From an uncultured Planctomycetota bacterium (lineage in GTDB: Bacteria > Planctomycetota > PLA2 > JAEUHO01): a DNA stretch of 64,000 bases. This document shows, in pieces, positions 49,797 through 60,871 of this stretch. The translations under genes and the position numbers were made by a program. Each line of letters opens with the position of its first letter. Position 1 is the stretch's first letter. The stretch spans positions 32,001 through 96,000 of the forward strand of contig CAVVXN010000001.1 of assembly GCA_963752285.1 (NCBI GenBank), read 5' to 3'. The notes beneath the pieces are model-generated. The model did not search any database. It was not told the DNA's origin and saw only the letters and a list, made by a program, of their open reading frames with translations.

Positions 49797-51659
49797 TCAC
49801 GAACCGTCGAGGACCTGCTCGATCATCTCCGCGTAGCGCCGCGCCACGACGTGCCGGCGCAGCTTCATGGTCTGGGTCAGGCATCCACCCTCGACGTCGA
49901 GCGCCTCGTGGAGGAGCGCCACCCGGGCCACCCGCTCGAACGGCTTCAGGTTGGTGGTGCGCCGGATCGCCTCCCGGTGCAGGAGGGCGAGGACGTCCGG
50001 GCGGGCGGCGAGGTCGTCCGGCGTCCTTCGGGGATCGAGCCCGAGCGCCCGCGCAACCGCCTCGGGCTCCGGGAGGAGGAGCGCGGCGAGCGTCTTGTGG
50101 TCCTGACCGACCACGACCGCCTGCTGGATCAGCGGCGAGACGAGGAGGGCGTCCTCGACGCGCTGCGGCTCCACGTTCTCGCCGCCCGAGAGAACGATCG
50201 TCTCCTTCGCACGTCCGACGAAGCAGAGGTCCCCGTACTCCGTCAGGTACCCGAGGTCGCCCGTGTCGAACCAGCGGTCGGCGTCGATGGCGCGCCGCGT
50301 GAGCTCGTCGTCGTGGTGGTAGCCCCGCATCACGTGCGGGCCGCGCGTGAAGACGAGTCCCGGCCGACCCGGCGGCAGAGGACGCCTCGTCTCGGGGTCG
50401 CGGATCTCGATCTCCACGTCCTCCACGGCGGTCCCGATCGTCCCGAGGACGTTTCGCCCCTCCCGGCGCACGGCCACGACGGGACTCGTCTCCGTCAGGC
50501 CGTAGCCCACGAGGATCGGCACGCCGATCGTGCGGAAGAAGCGGTCGATGTGCGCCGGCATGAGGCCCCCACCGCTGATCGCGCCGCGCATGCGCCCGCC
50601 CGTCGCCGCACGGACGGGCCGGAACACGACGCGGTGCGCGAGGCGGTCGAGGGGAAAGGCGAGCGCCGCCGCCGCGACGCCCGCGGCGCGGAGCGCGCCC
50701 TCCCGGAGGATCCCCAGCCCGCGCGGCCGCTCGACGCGCAGCACGTGTCCCCGCGCGCGGTCCCATCCCCACGCGCGGAGCGAGGCGAGCGCGAACGCGC
50801 CGCGGAACACCGACCGGCGGAGGGGCGAGCCGTCGTCGAGTCGTTTCCGCACGCCGTCGTAGACCATCTCCCACAGGCGCGGGACCGAGGCCATGAACGT
50901 CGGCCGGAAGCGGGCCATGTCGTCGCGGAGGTGTCGTCGGCTCGTGTACGCGATGCACGCGCCCGCGACGAGCGCCGCGTACTCGACCGTGCGCTCGAAG
51001 ATGTGCCAGGGGGGGAGGATCGAGAGGAAGACCTCCGAGGGCAGCATGTGGAAGAGCGGCGGAAGCACGCGCACCTGGTGCGCGAAGTTCGCCTGCGAGA
51101 GGACCACGCCCTTCGGCCGCCCCGTGGTCCCGGAGGTGTAGATGATGGTCGCGACGTCCTCGGCGCGGACCGCGCCGGCCCACGCGCCGAACTCCGGCCC
51201 CGACGCGCCTTCCCGCTCGAGGTCGTCGAGCGTCCGCCCCGACGCACGCGCGGGCTCGAGGCTCACGACCTCGCCCATCGAGGGGACGGAGGCCCGGATC
51301 GAGGCGAGGGCGTCGGCGCGCGCGGCATCGTGCGCCAGGACGAGCCCGACCTCCGCGTGGCGGAAGATCTCGCCCATCTCCTCGGGCGGCGTGTCGGTGC
51401 CGCGCGGCACCGACACCGCGCGCACGAGCTGGAGCGCCAGGTCCGCGGCGATCCAACGCCGCGAGTTGTCGGCGAACATCCCGACGCGGTCGCCGGGCCG
51501 GACGCCCATCCGCCGGAGGCCTTCGGCGATTCGCGCCGCCCGCAGGAGGAGCGCGGTGCGGGTCACCTCGCCGTCGCGATCCTGCTGCACGACCTTGTCG
51601 GGCGACGACGCGCGTCGCTCTTCGAGGAACGCGGGGACGGTCCGGGGCGAAGGGCTCAC
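49797..51659 (-). CDS. Long-chain fatty acid-CoA ligase
   Basis: YTSGTTGRPKGV, GYGLTETSP, WFDTGDLG, GENVEP. Confidence 0.93.
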   Translation of the reverse strand: MSPSPRTVPAFLEERRASSPDKVVQQDRDGEVTRTALLLRAARIAEGLRRMGVRPGDRVGMFADNSRRWIAADLALQLVRAVSVPRGTDTPPEEMGEIFRHAEVGLVLAHDAARADALASIRASVPSMGEVVSLEPARASGRTLDDLEREGASGPEFGAWAGAVRAEDVATIIYTSGTTGRPKGVVLSQANFAHQVRVLPPLFHMLPSEVFLSILPPWHIFERTVEYAALVAGACIAYTSRRHLRDDMARFRPTFMASVPRLWEMVYDGVRKRLDDGSPLRRSVFRGAFALASLRAWGWDRARGHVLRVERPRGLGILREGALRAAGVAAAALAFPLDRLAHRVVFRPVRAATGGRMRGAISGGGLMPAHIDRFFRTIGVPILVGYGLTETSPVVAVRREGRNVLGTIGTAVEDVEIEIRDPETRRPLPPGRPGLVFTRGPHVMRGYHHDDELTRRAIDADRWFDTGDLGYLTEYGDLCFVGRAKETIVLSGGENVEPQRVEDALLVSPLIQQAVVVGQDHKTLAALLLPEPEAVARALGLDPRRTPDDLAARPDVLALLHREAIRRTTNLKPFERVARVALLHEALDVEGGCLTQTMKLRRHVVARRYAEMIEQVLDGS

Positions 51660-51686
51660 AGCGAGAGCGTACCGGAGCCGGAGACG

Positions 51687-52340
51687 CTACGATCCCCCGC
51701 ACGACTCCTGGCGGGTGAAGACCACGTCGGCCGGCATGCCGCGCGGGGACTGTTCCTTCCTCAGGACCACACCCGTGATCGATTCCTCGGGGTCCACGTA
51801 GAGCGTGACGGGGCCCTGGATGAAGCGACCGTACCGTTCGAGCTGCACCTGGTAGACGAAGCGGTACCGGCCGCCGCGGCGGACCCAGAGGGGCTTGATC
51901 GAGTCGAGGACGACCGGCTCGCCCAGCGGCATGCCGAACCCGTCGAGGCCGTAGAGAAGCCAGTCCTCGCGCGCGTCGGGGTCGTCGCAGCCCTTCTCGG
52001 GGGCCGGGGAACGCATACGGCAGACCAGGTACGGGAGCGAGCGCGAGAGCGGACCGTAGAGGCCGAGGCGCTGGTGCGCGTCGTTCGGTCGGACCACGAC
52101 GCCCGGCTCGACCACCTTCACGCACGTCACGACGCCCGGCTCGGTCTCGGACTCGATCGCCACGCACTCTCCGACTTTCGCGTCGAGCATCGGGTTCACG
52201 AGGTCGAAGGGCTCCGGCTCGGGCGCCGCCTCGTGGGGCAGGACGCGGAAGTGGATCCAGGCGAGGACGGCGAGCGCGATCGTGAGGAACCCCGCGACGA
52301 CGCGCTCGGCCACGGAGGAGGGGCGGCGGTCGGCGCTCAT
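51687..52340 (-). CDS. Hypothetical membrane-anchored protein
   Basis: ATG 52340; N-terminal TM; coupled to the upstream gene. Confidence 0.65.
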   Translation of the reverse strand: MSADRRPSSVAERVVAGFLTIALAVLAWIHFRVLPHEAAPEPEPFDLVNPMLDAKVGECVAIESETEPGVVTCVKVVEPGVVVRPNDAHQRLGLYGPLSRSLPYLVCRMRSPAPEKGCDDPDAREDWLLYGLDGFGMPLGEPVVLDSIKPLWVRRGGRYRFVYQVQLERYGRFIQGPVTLYVDPEESITGVVLRKEQSPRGMPADVVFTRQESCGGS

Positions 52341-52915
52341 TGCCGCTCCTCCGGCGAGATCAGGTCCCACGTGTGCCCGCCGCGCTGGAAACGGAGCAGG
52401 CCGAATACCGGCACCGAGTCGTCGAGCCACGCGACCACGTGGTCGGCCCCCCCCTCGGACCGGAGCGCGGGGTCGATCAGGTCGAAGCGCCACGCGTCCT
52501 GCTCGCGGCCGCGGAACGTGATCTTGGCGCGGCGGATGCGCTCCCACACCCACACGCGGTCGTACCCCTCGGGGTCCATGGGGGCCATCAGGGGGAACAG
52601 ACCGTGCCGGGCGGGCAGGTGATCGTAGCGCGCGAAGCCGTTCGGGAGCGGGGCGCCGAGCCGGTCGCGGTACGTGACCGAGATCCGGATGCGCGGCTCG
52701 CGCTGGGCGGCCGCGGGGACCGCGGCGTCCACGACGTAGGTGATGGTCGTTCCGGACTCGTTCCGGTACGTCGCGGTCTCGCCCTTCTGGGCGTCGGCGA
52801 TCAGGCGCGTCGCGTCGAACGTGGGCGCCGCGCGCCCGGCCGGCGACGGCCTCAGGATGATCGAGGCGGACAGGGCGATCACGGCGACGGCGAGGAGCAG
52901 GACGAGCGCTCGCAT
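52337..52915 (-). CDS. Hypothetical exported protein
   Basis: MRALVLLLAVAVIAL signal; ATGA overlap with the next gene. Confidence 0.65.
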   Translation of the reverse strand: MRALVLLLAVAVIALSASIILRPSPAGRAAPTFDATRLIADAQKGETATYRNESGTTITYVVDAAVPAAAQREPRIRISVTYRDRLGAPLPNGFARYDHLPARHGLFPLMAPMDPEGYDRVWVWERIRRAKITFRGREQDAWRFDLIDPALRSEGGADHVVAWLDDSVPVFGLLRFQRGGHTWDLISPEERQ

Positions 52916-53107
52916 CGGCTCTCCACCCCCCGCACGGCCCAGCTCGGCGAGCCCCAGAAGCGCGCGGATTGTACGCCGGGCCGACTCCCGCTCGACCCGG
53001 AACCCGCCGGCGGCACGGGGCCGGCCAAATCTGCGCCGACCGACCCCGTTCGCTACAATCGACCGCCACTGCCCCCAGTGCGGGGCCACATCACAGGAGA
53101 GAACCTG

Positions 53108-53437
53108 ATGGCCCAGAATCTGCCCGCTTTCACCGACGACAACTTCGCCGCGGAGGTGAAGGGGAGCGAGACGCCCGTCCTCGTGGACTTCGGCGCGGAG
53201 TGGTGCGGGCCGTGCCGCGCGCTGGCGCCGATCGTCCAGGATCTGGCGTCGGAGTACGACGGGAAGCTCAAGGTCGGGACCGTGGACATCGACCACAGCC
53301 GCCAGGTGGCCGCGGAGTACGGGATCATGTCCGTGCCGACGATCATCTTCTTCAAGGGCGGGAAGGCCGTGGACAAGATCGTGGGTCTGCGGCCCAAGGC
53401 GGACCTGAAGGTCAAGATCGACGCCCTGATCGGCTGA
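53108..53437 (+). CDS. trxA: Thioredoxin
   Basis: VDFGAEWCGPC; AGGAG RBS. Confidence 0.96.
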   Translation: MAQNLPAFTDDNFAAEVKGSETPVLVDFGAEWCGPCRALAPIVQDLASEYDGKLKVGTVDIDHSRQVAAEYGIMSVPTIIFFKGGKAVDKIVGLRPKADLKVKIDALIG

Positions 53438-53477
53438 GACCGCCGACCCGGGCTTCGCGCCCGGACCCGACGTCGCC

Positions 53478-53520
53478 CCCGGGGCGCTCCCTCGCCAGGG
53501 AGCGCCCCGGGTTCGTTTCT
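53478..53520 (+). terminator. Intrinsic terminator
   Basis: CCCGGGGCGCTCCC-loop-GGGAGCGCCCCGGG followed by TTCGTTTCT. Confidence 0.75.
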
Positions 53521-53927
53521 GTAGGCGACCAGCGACGCGGGAGGGCCCAAGGACCCGGAAGACGAGCCCCGGGCGGGCCGCGCGGCGAGCGCGGGGCGGC
53601 TTCGGACGCGCGTCTCGCGGGCCCCGGGGGAGGAAGGCGATCCGGAGGCGACGGTTCCGGCGAAACCCGAGGCCCGCGAGATCCGTCCAATCCAGTGGAT
53701 CGCCCCTCGGGGCGGTCCCCGGGGGTCGAGCCGCATACCCTCCCTCCTCCCTCCCTCGGTTCCCCCCGGGCCGCCCCCGGGAGCCTCCGGGCTCCCGGGG
53801 GCGTGCGATTCTCTGGGGCGGAGCTCCCCGGAACCGATCCACCACGGCGCGCCCCGACGCACCGCCCGCGCCCCCTCACGCCCCGAGACGCCTGGAGGGG
53901 CCGGACGGTACCAACGGCGTCCCGAGG

Positions 53928-55460
53928 TCACCGCCGGAGGTAGGTCCCGCCGGTTCGCGCCGCGAGGCGACGGAGCGTCTCCTGCCAGCGCGCCGCCACG
54001 TCGTCTCCGCCGACGTCGAGCACGTCGATTCGCGCGCGACGCCACCGGTTCGCCGTGAGGACCTCCTCGAAGAGGTCCGTCCGCGTGAACCAGGCGCCCG
54101 CGGAGGGGACGCCGTCCGAGAGCACGACCACCGTGTCGAGGTCCGGGTCGTCGAGCGCGGCCGCGATGCCGTCGTAGAGCGCGGTCCGGCCATGCGGCGC
54201 ACGGCCGTCGAGCCGTTCGTGGATCCGCTTCCGGTTCGCCGCGCCGAGCTCGACCGCGTGCGGGAACAGCGCCTCGACGTCGTCGGAGAAGCAGTAGACG
54301 TTGACCCGCGCGGACCCCAGACGGGCGATCGCCTGGTCGAGGGCCTCCACCACCCGTGCCCAGCGCGGGCGGCCGTCGCTTCCGGGACGCGCCATGCTGC
54401 CCGACCCGTCGAGCACGAACCCCACGTGCCGACTCGCGAGCGGAAGGTCGAGGAAGCGGACGCCCGCCACCGTGCGCTCGTCGTCGGGGAGCGCGTGCGG
54501 CGCCCGCGAGGCGGGCGCCCCGGCCGGGTCGAAGTCCCGCCCGTCCCCCTCGAGCCAGGCGGTCCACGCGGCCGGGTCGGGGTCGAACGGGATGCTCGTG
54601 AGGCGGACGAGCGACGCGTGCGCGGCCGCGCGCACACGCAACCGCTCGTCGCCGAGGCGCGCCACCAGCGGCGCCAGTACCTGCCGGTCCCGCACCACCC
54701 CGGCGAGCTCCGCCGCTCGGAGCCGGACCGACCAGACCGCGTCGTCGAGTCCGTGCAGCACGGCGACCACCGCCGCCCGGCCGCCCCCGGTCGGGGACGC
54801 GGGAGCGACGGAGCCCTCCAGGGCGGAGAGCCGGACCCGGAAGTCCGGGTCCGCGAAGAACGCGACCGAGGGCGGGTCCGCCCCGGTCCGCGCCGCGAGG
54901 ACGTCGATCGCGACCGCGCGTACGAGCCCGTCGTGGTCCTCGAGCGCGTCCCGTATCGGGGGAACCGCGGCCGGGTCGTCGGTCTGCCCGAGCCACCGCA
55001 CCGCGGCCGCTCGGACCATCGGCATGCGGTCGCGGGCGAGGAGGAGGAGCAGATCGAGCCCCACGCGGTCCGTCCAGAGCGCGGCCGCGCGGAGACCCGC
55101 GGCCCGGGCGCGCGCCGAGGAGAGCCGCGCGAGGTCGTGTCCGAGCCGCGCGTGGGCGGGTCCGTCCGTCGCCCCGAGCACGCCCGCGACCGCGCGCCGA
55201 ACGTACGGGTGCTCGTCGTCGAGGCCCTCCACGAGGAGCCGGAGCGCGGCGACGTCGTCGCGCCCCGCCAGGCGCCGGTACGCCGCGGCGCGGGTGCGCG
55301 GCAGCGGGTCGCGGGCGAGGCGCCGGACCGCGCCGAGGTCGTCGGTGCCCGCGCGCGCGGGGAGCGCGAGGGCGAGGAGGAGGAGGAGGGTCCGGGGCCG
55401 GGTCGGGCCCGCTCGCGGAACGTGGGCGCCTCGGGGCCGCGGAACGGGATCGGGGGACAT
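53928..55460 (-). CDS. HEAT-repeat plus vWA domain protein
   Basis: HEAT motifs; FVLDGSGSM, T.LYD, LSDG. Confidence 0.85.
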   Translation of the reverse strand: MSPDPVPRPRGAHVPRAGPTRPRTLLLLLALALPARAGTDDLGAVRRLARDPLPRTRAAAYRRLAGRDDVAALRLLVEGLDDEHPYVRRAVAGVLGATDGPAHARLGHDLARLSSARARAAGLRAAALWTDRVGLDLLLLLARDRMPMVRAAAVRWLGQTDDPAAVPPIRDALEDHDGLVRAVAIDVLAARTGADPPSVAFFADPDFRVRLSALEGSVAPASPTGGGRAAVVAVLHGLDDAVWSVRLRAAELAGVVRDRQVLAPLVARLGDERLRVRAAAHASLVRLTSIPFDPDPAAWTAWLEGDGRDFDPAGAPASRAPHALPDDERTVAGVRFLDLPLASRHVGFVLDGSGSMARPGSDGRPRWARVVEALDQAIARLGSARVNVYCFSDDVEALFPHAVELGAANRKRIHERLDGRAPHGRTALYDGIAAALDDPDLDTVVVLSDGVPSAGAWFTRTDLFEEVLTANRWRRARIDVLDVGGDDVAARWQETLRRLAARTGGTYLRR

Positions 55461-55790
55461 GGCGCACTCCGGGTCGTCGGAAGCGTCATCGCGCCGTCAC
55501 CCCGACCGGTCACATCCGGTGCCAAAGGGCTCGGAACGCGGTCTCCGGGGCCGTTTCGGGCACCTTGGCCCCGAAAGCACCGCCCCGCCGCGACCGATCC
55601 AGCCGGGACATGGGAGGTTCGGCGGGACCAGGACGGAGGCGCTTCGACGAAGGTCGAGGGGGGTCCCTCGGTGTCGGAGCCCCCGCCTAGGATCCCGTCG
55701 CGGGTCGCGGGCAAGTCGCTCAGCTGACGCCGGGGCGTCGGGCGTGCCGGGTCGTTGGACGGGAACGGGTCTGCTCGCGGAGGAGGGTCC

Positions 55791-56291
55791 ATGCTTCCCG
55801 CGAACTTGACGCCTCTCGAGGTGCTCGACCTCGGGATCCAGGGCGAGGTGCTCGCCTATCGCATGTACGACGCGCTCGCGCGGCGCGTCCAGGTGCCGAC
55901 GCTCCAGACGCGGCTCCACCAGCTCCGCAAGGACGAGAAGGAGCACCGCAAGACGCTGAAGGCACACCGCCGCTCCATGTTCCCGGGCGCCGACACGGCG
56001 GTCAGCGAGCACGAGGCGAGCGAGGTGTTCGGCCCCGTGACGGCCGAGTCGATCCGCGACAAGGAGTCACTGATCCAGGCCCTCTACGGGGCCATACGGT
56101 TCGAGGAGTACTGCGCGTACTTCTACGAGAAGATGCAGTACAAGCTGCCGAACCGCGAGGCGCAGATCTTCGTGGAGGTCCTCGCCGACGAGGGCCGGAC
56201 CCACGCCGAGATCCTGAAGCAGCAGATCGAGACCCTCCGCGGCCTGAACGTCGAGGTGGACGACAAGGGCCGCGCGGTCGAGGTGTTCTGA
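55791..56291 (+). CDS. Ferritin-like/rubrerythrin-family protein
   Basis: Two E...Y...DE..H diiron motifs. Confidence 0.85.
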   Translation: MLPANLTPLEVLDLGIQGEVLAYRMYDALARRVQVPTLQTRLHQLRKDEKEHRKTLKAHRRSMFPGADTAVSEHEASEVFGPVTAESIRDKESLIQALYGAIRFEEYCAYFYEKMQYKLPNREAQIFVEVLADEGRTHAEILKQQIETLRGLNVEVDDKGRAVEVF

Positions 56292-56390
56292 GGCGGGTCC
56301 CCGATCGGCGGCCCGGACCCTGCGGCACCCGCCGGCCGGCCCGGTTCGATGTCGCCGAACCTCCGGCGGCGGGTAGGCTCCGCTCCCGCC

Positions 56391-56924
56391 ATGGGTATCG
56401 GCGACGTGATCAACCGACGGCGCTTCCGCTGGGCCGTCGCCGTGGGCTTCGCGCTCACCCTCTTCTTCACGCTGTGGCTTCTGGCCCTCGCGCTGGGGCT
56501 CCTCCAGCACGGCCTCCGCGACCTCGCCGCGCCGATGCCCCTCGCCTACGTCGTCGTGGGCGGCGCGTCGCTCGTCGCGTCGATCGTGGTCCTCTTCTCA
56601 CTCCTCTTCGGCTACGTGTTCCACGGGGCCGACCTCGCCGCGCCGACACCGCGGTACCTGCTCTTCGGCTGGACCTGCACGGGTTGCCTCTTCTTCCTGT
56701 CCCAGAGCGTCGCGCTCGCCAAGTTCGGGGCGAGGTCCTTCCCGCACGTGCCCTCGTGGCTCTCCGAGCTGTACTGGTACTTCGTGCCCGCCGGCGCGGT
56801 GGTCTTCGCGCTCCTCCTCTGGGTGAACGCGGAAGGACACCACCACCTGGTGGACTGGGACGACCCGGCGTACGACGACGCAACCGACGCGATCGAGGAC
56901 TACGACGAACCCGACGGCGCCTGA
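56391..56924 (+). CDS. Four-TM membrane protein
   Basis: Hydrophobic segments. Confidence 0.7.
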   Translation: MGIGDVINRRRFRWAVAVGFALTLFFTLWLLALALGLLQHGLRDLAAPMPLAYVVVGGASLVASIVVLFSLLFGYVFHGADLAAPTPRYLLFGWTCTGCLFFLSQSVALAKFGARSFPHVPSWLSELYWYFVPAGAVVFALLLWVNAEGHHHLVDWDDPAYDDATDAIEDYDEPDGA

Positions 56925-56933
56925 GGGAGACGG

Positions 56934-58295
56934 TCACGAGTGCCCGACGATCTCCTCGAGCTCCTCGGGCTCCTTCGGCGCGCCGGCGGTCAGGACCTCG
57001 CAGCCGTCCTCGGTGACGAGGACGTCGTCCTCGATCCGAACGCCGATCCCGCGGTACCGCTCGGGCAGGTTCGGCTCGTCGGGGTGGAAGTAGAGCCCCG
57101 GCTCCACGGTGAAGACCATGCCGGGGACGAGCGGGCGTCCGGGCTCGCCGTCCCGCGCGTACGCACCGACGTCGTGCACGTCGATCCCGAGCCAGTGCCC
57201 GGTTCCGTGCATGTAGACGTGTCGGTAGGTCTTGTCCTCGATCGCCTTCTCCACGGGACCCTCGACCACGCCGAGGTCCACGAGCCCCGTCGCCAGCACC
57301 CGCACGGCGGTCTCGTGCAGGTGGTGCCACTCGAGCCCGGGCCGGACGGAGCGGATCACCTCCATCTGCGCGCGGAGCACGAGGTCGTAGATCTCGCGCT
57401 GCTCGCCCGTGAACTTCCCCGACACCGGCCACGTGCGCGTGAGGTCACCGGTGTAGTAGCCCACCTCGGCGCCGGCGTCGACCAAGACGAGCTCGCCCGC
57501 GCGCATCGTCCGCCGGTTCGCGATGTAGTGCAGCACACACGCGTTCGGACCGCTGCCGACGATGGTGGCGTACCCGGGCGCGACGGCGCCCGCGCGCCGG
57601 AACACGTACTCGATCTCAGCCTGGATCTCGAACTCCCGGAGCCCCGGGCGCGTCAGGCGCATCGCCTGCCGGTGGCCCTCGGCCGACACCTCCGTCGCGC
57701 GGCGCAGGGCCGCGATCTCGCCGGGCGACTTCACGAGCCGCATCTCGTGGAGGACGCTCATGGGGTCCTCGATCACGCGCGGCGCCTTCTTGCCGCGCCG
57801 CGCGAGGTACTGGGCCTTTCGAACCGTTCGGACGACGGTGCGGTCCAGGTCCTCGTCGAGACCGAGCGCGTAGACGAGTCGGGATCGCCCGACGAGCAGC
57901 TTCTCGAGCTGCGGGGCGAGCTCTTCGATCCCGAAAGCCGCGTCGCACCCGACCGCCGCCTTGGCCCCCTCGACACCCACGCGCTCGCCGTCCCAGACCT
58001 CGCGCTCGCGGTCTCGGCGCCGCAGGAACAGCACGAACGGGTGCTCGGGGTGGCCCGGCAGGAACAGCGCCGCGGCCTCGGGCTCCTCGAAACCCGTCAG
58101 GTACCAGAGGTCGCTGTTCGGGCGGTACTCGTACATCGTGTCGTTGCTGCGGACACGCGGGGGCGTGGCGCAGACGAGGGCCGCCGAGTCGTCGCCGAGG
58201 CGGCTCAGGAAGCGCTCGCGGCGGCTCGCGAAGAGGTCTCGGCCGGCGCCCACGGTGGGCGCGATCGGCGTGGGCAATGCGGAGGGCTCGGGCAT
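56934..58295 (-). CDS. pepP: Xaa-Pro aminopeptidase
   Basis: YLTGF.EP, LHY, LVDAG, D.TRT, HGTGHWLGIDVHD, TVEPGLY, GVRIEDD. Confidence 0.95.
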   Translation of the reverse strand: MPEPSALPTPIAPTVGAGRDLFASRRERFLSRLGDDSAALVCATPPRVRSNDTMYEYRPNSDLWYLTGFEEPEAAALFLPGHPEHPFVLFLRRRDREREVWDGERVGVEGAKAAVGCDAAFGIEELAPQLEKLLVGRSRLVYALGLDEDLDRTVVRTVRKAQYLARRGKKAPRVIEDPMSVLHEMRLVKSPGEIAALRRATEVSAEGHRQAMRLTRPGLREFEIQAEIEYVFRRAGAVAPGYATIVGSGPNACVLHYIANRRTMRAGELVLVDAGAEVGYYTGDLTRTWPVSGKFTGEQREIYDLVLRAQMEVIRSVRPGLEWHHLHETAVRVLATGLVDLGVVEGPVEKAIEDKTYRHVYMHGTGHWLGIDVHDVGAYARDGEPGRPLVPGMVFTVEPGLYFHPDEPNLPERYRGIGVRIEDDVLVTEDGCEVLTAGAPKEPEELEEIVGHS

Positions 58296-58403
58296 GGGAT
58301 CTCGCGGGGTGGGGAGGCGGGGGCGGTCCCGCCGCCCCCGGCGTATGCGGGGGAGAAGGCTTCGTCAGGAGCGCGGGGGGGGGCCCCGACGTCCAACGGC
58401 TCC

Positions 58404-60503
58404 TCAGTCTACGAAGGCGTCCTTGAGCGTCTGGAGAACCTCGTACTCGAGGTTCGCGGGACCGAGCCAGGCGGCCTGCCGGACGGGCACGTCGTGCTTC
58501 TCGCCGATGCGCCGGACCTCCTCGCAGAGCTCCGGGCCCACCGCGTGGTGAACGAGCACCACGTCCGCCTCCTCCGCCTGGCCCGCGATCTCGCGGAGCG
58601 TCTTGTACGGCGGGCGCACGCCCGTGGCGATCCAGCAGCCTTCGAACCGATAGGCGCGCGCGAGGCTCTCGAACGCCGCGCGGTCCTTCGGGTTCTCGGC
58701 GTCGCTCCCTACGACGAGGAGGCGGACCGGGTCCTCCTCCTCCTCGAGCAGCGACTTCGTCTCCTCCTTGTCCACGTCGGGCTCGAGCGCGCCCGCCGCC
58801 TCGGCGCGCCCGCGCGCCTCGGCCATCGCGTCGGCGAAGACGTCCGGCTCGAGGGCCGCGAGCTCGGTGAGCATCGCGAGCCCGCGACGGATGCGCGCGG
58901 CGTCACCCGACTCGAGGTGGGCCTGGGCCGCGCGGCGTCCGGCCTCCTTCCACACCTCGCGCCGCTCGGGCGCGGTCTGGAGCAGATCGAAGAGCTGCTC
59001 GTCGCGCGCGGTCGCGTCGAGCAGGCGTGACACGGGGCCGTCGGACTCGCCGAGGAAAGCCTCGAGCGTCTCGATGGAGCCGCGCTGGCACAGCTTCGCG
59101 CGGAAGCGTTCGTACGTGCGGAGCGCCTCGCCCGCCTCCCCGAGCGCCAGGAGCGCCTCGAGGCGCGTGCGGTACGCGCCGAACCAGGTGTCGAAGTCGG
59201 GCCGGCTCTTGAACGCGCGGTCCACGAGGTCGAGCGCGGCGTGGGCGTCGCCCTCCTGGAGGCGCTGGCGGGCGAGGTCGAGGTGATGGCCCGCCCCGGC
59301 GCGGCCCGCCGAGGGCGCCGTGGCCCGCGCGGTGGGCCGTCCGGGAATCCGGACGTCGGGCACCCGGAGCACGAGCGCGTCGAACACGGGGCCCTTCACC
59401 TCGGGCTCCAGCGAGACCGCGCCCGCGTTGCGGAGCACGAGGCGCGACGCGTGATCGAGCTCGTCGCCCTCCGCGCCCTTCTCGAGCAGGCAGCGACCGA
59501 GGAAGAATCGCGACCGGGCGTGCACGATCCGCGCCTTCGCACGGTTCTCGCGCATCAGGGCGTCGGCCTCCTCGAGGTGGCGCGCCGCGGTGTCCCAGTC
59601 GCCCTCTTCGTAGCTCAGCATGCCGAGTGTGTAGATGGCGTTGTAGGAACGCCCCTCGCCCCCCTGACCGCTCTCGAGGAGCGCCCGGGCACGGGCGCGG
59701 CCCTCGCGATCGGGCGTGGGGAGCAGGTCGAGCGTGCCGCGCACGCCGAGCGTGGCGAGGGCGAGGTCGCCGACGAGCACGCTCCGATACGGGTCCTCGG
59801 CCGGCAACCGCTCGAGCGCGCGCTCGTAGCGCGCCACGGCCTCGTCCCAGTTGCCCTCGAGCTGGTGGATGCGGCCGGCCTTGCGGTCGATCTTGCTCTG
59901 CGCCCGGGCGTCGAGGCCGCACTCGCGGGCGAACTCGGACGCGCGTTCGAGTCGCGCGAGGGTCGCCTCGAGCGGCTGGTCGTCGCGGTCGGCGCGGCGG
60001 AGCGACTCCTCGAGCAGGAACTCGGCGTCGCGCCGGCTGCCCTCGTCGTTGACGTGCGTGAGGTGCCGGCGGTAGAGGTCGAACGCGCGGTCGCCTTCGC
60101 CGTCACGCAGGAGCATGCGCCCCACCGCGCGCAGCGCGATCCGCCCTTCGGGGTGTTCGAGCCCGCTCTCGAAGGCGGGGTCGTCCATGAGCGCGCGGAT
60201 GCGCGCGCGGTCGCCGCCGCGCGAGGCGGCGTCGAGCTGTCCGAGGTGACGCCAGCGGTTGGCGGCGTCGCCGTCGGCCGCGGGGAGGCCCTCGAGCCAG
60301 GCCGCGGCGTCTTCGGGTCGAGTCGCGCCGACGATCTCCTCGAGGGCGCCGGCATGGAAGTGGTTCGCGTCGCGGCCCGGCGCGAGTACGGCCAGGTCGG
60401 CGACGGTGCGGACGGCGCGCTGGACGCTCTCTTGGTCTTCGCCTGCGCCAGCGTCCAGCACGACGTGGTGGACGAGGCGGTCGATCTCTGTCTTCCAGGG
60501 CAT
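58404..60503 (-). CDS. TPR-repeat protein
   Basis: TPR-like helices (AGRIHQLEGNWDEAVARYERAL); start uncertain. Confidence 0.75.
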   Translation of the reverse strand: MPWKTEIDRLVHHVVLDAGAGEDQESVQRAVRTVADLAVLAPGRDANHFHAGALEEIVGATRPEDAAAWLEGLPAADGDAANRWRHLGQLDAASRGGDRARIRALMDDPAFESGLEHPEGRIALRAVGRMLLRDGEGDRAFDLYRRHLTHVNDEGSRRDAEFLLEESLRRADRDDQPLEATLARLERASEFARECGLDARAQSKIDRKAGRIHQLEGNWDEAVARYERALERLPAEDPYRSVLVGDLALATLGVRGTLDLLPTPDREGRARARALLESGQGGEGRSYNAIYTLGMLSYEEGDWDTAARHLEEADALMRENRAKARIVHARSRFFLGRCLLEKGAEGDELDHASRLVLRNAGAVSLEPEVKGPVFDALVLRVPDVRIPGRPTARATAPSAGRAGAGHHLDLARQRLQEGDAHAALDLVDRAFKSRPDFDTWFGAYRTRLEALLALGEAGEALRTYERFRAKLCQRGSIETLEAFLGESDGPVSRLLDATARDEQLFDLLQTAPERREVWKEAGRRAAQAHLESGDAARIRRGLAMLTELAALEPDVFADAMAEARGRAEAAGALEPDVDKEETKSLLEEEEDPVRLLVVGSDAENPKDRAAFESLARAYRFEGCWIATGVRPPYKTLREIAGQAEEADVVLVHHAVGPELCEEVRRIGEKHDVPVRQAAWLGPANLEYEVLQTLKDAFVD

Positions 60504-60871
60504 GGAACTCCATCTCCGACGTACGGGTCCCGGGTTCGGCATGGGCGTGAACGGTTTCATCGCCGGCCGTGGGACCCCCGCGGCCATCCTACCGAAGCGG
60601 GACCATCGAGGGAGGGGGGTCGTTCCCGCTCGGGGGGACGGGACCTCGGCCGCCAGCCGCGTCGGATCCCCGCTCGAGGCGCCCTCCCCCGGACGGCGTC
60701 CCCGCGGGACGTGCGCGCGCCGAGGACCGCGCCGGCGCGGGCAGGGTGGGCCCGCACGGCCGACGGGTCGCGCGACGGTCTCGACGCAAGGTGCCCTCGC
60801 GCCGGGACTTGAGGCGGACCGGCACGCCCCCTCCCGTCACGGGGCGTCCGGCGCGATCGCGGCCGCGCGAC

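Noticed and set aside
33962..52167. Apparent giant fusion ORFs (33962-36574, 37618-39786, 46594-48414, 48919-52167)
   Set aside because: Spurious upstream extensions; recognisable protein starts only at the internal starts annotated.
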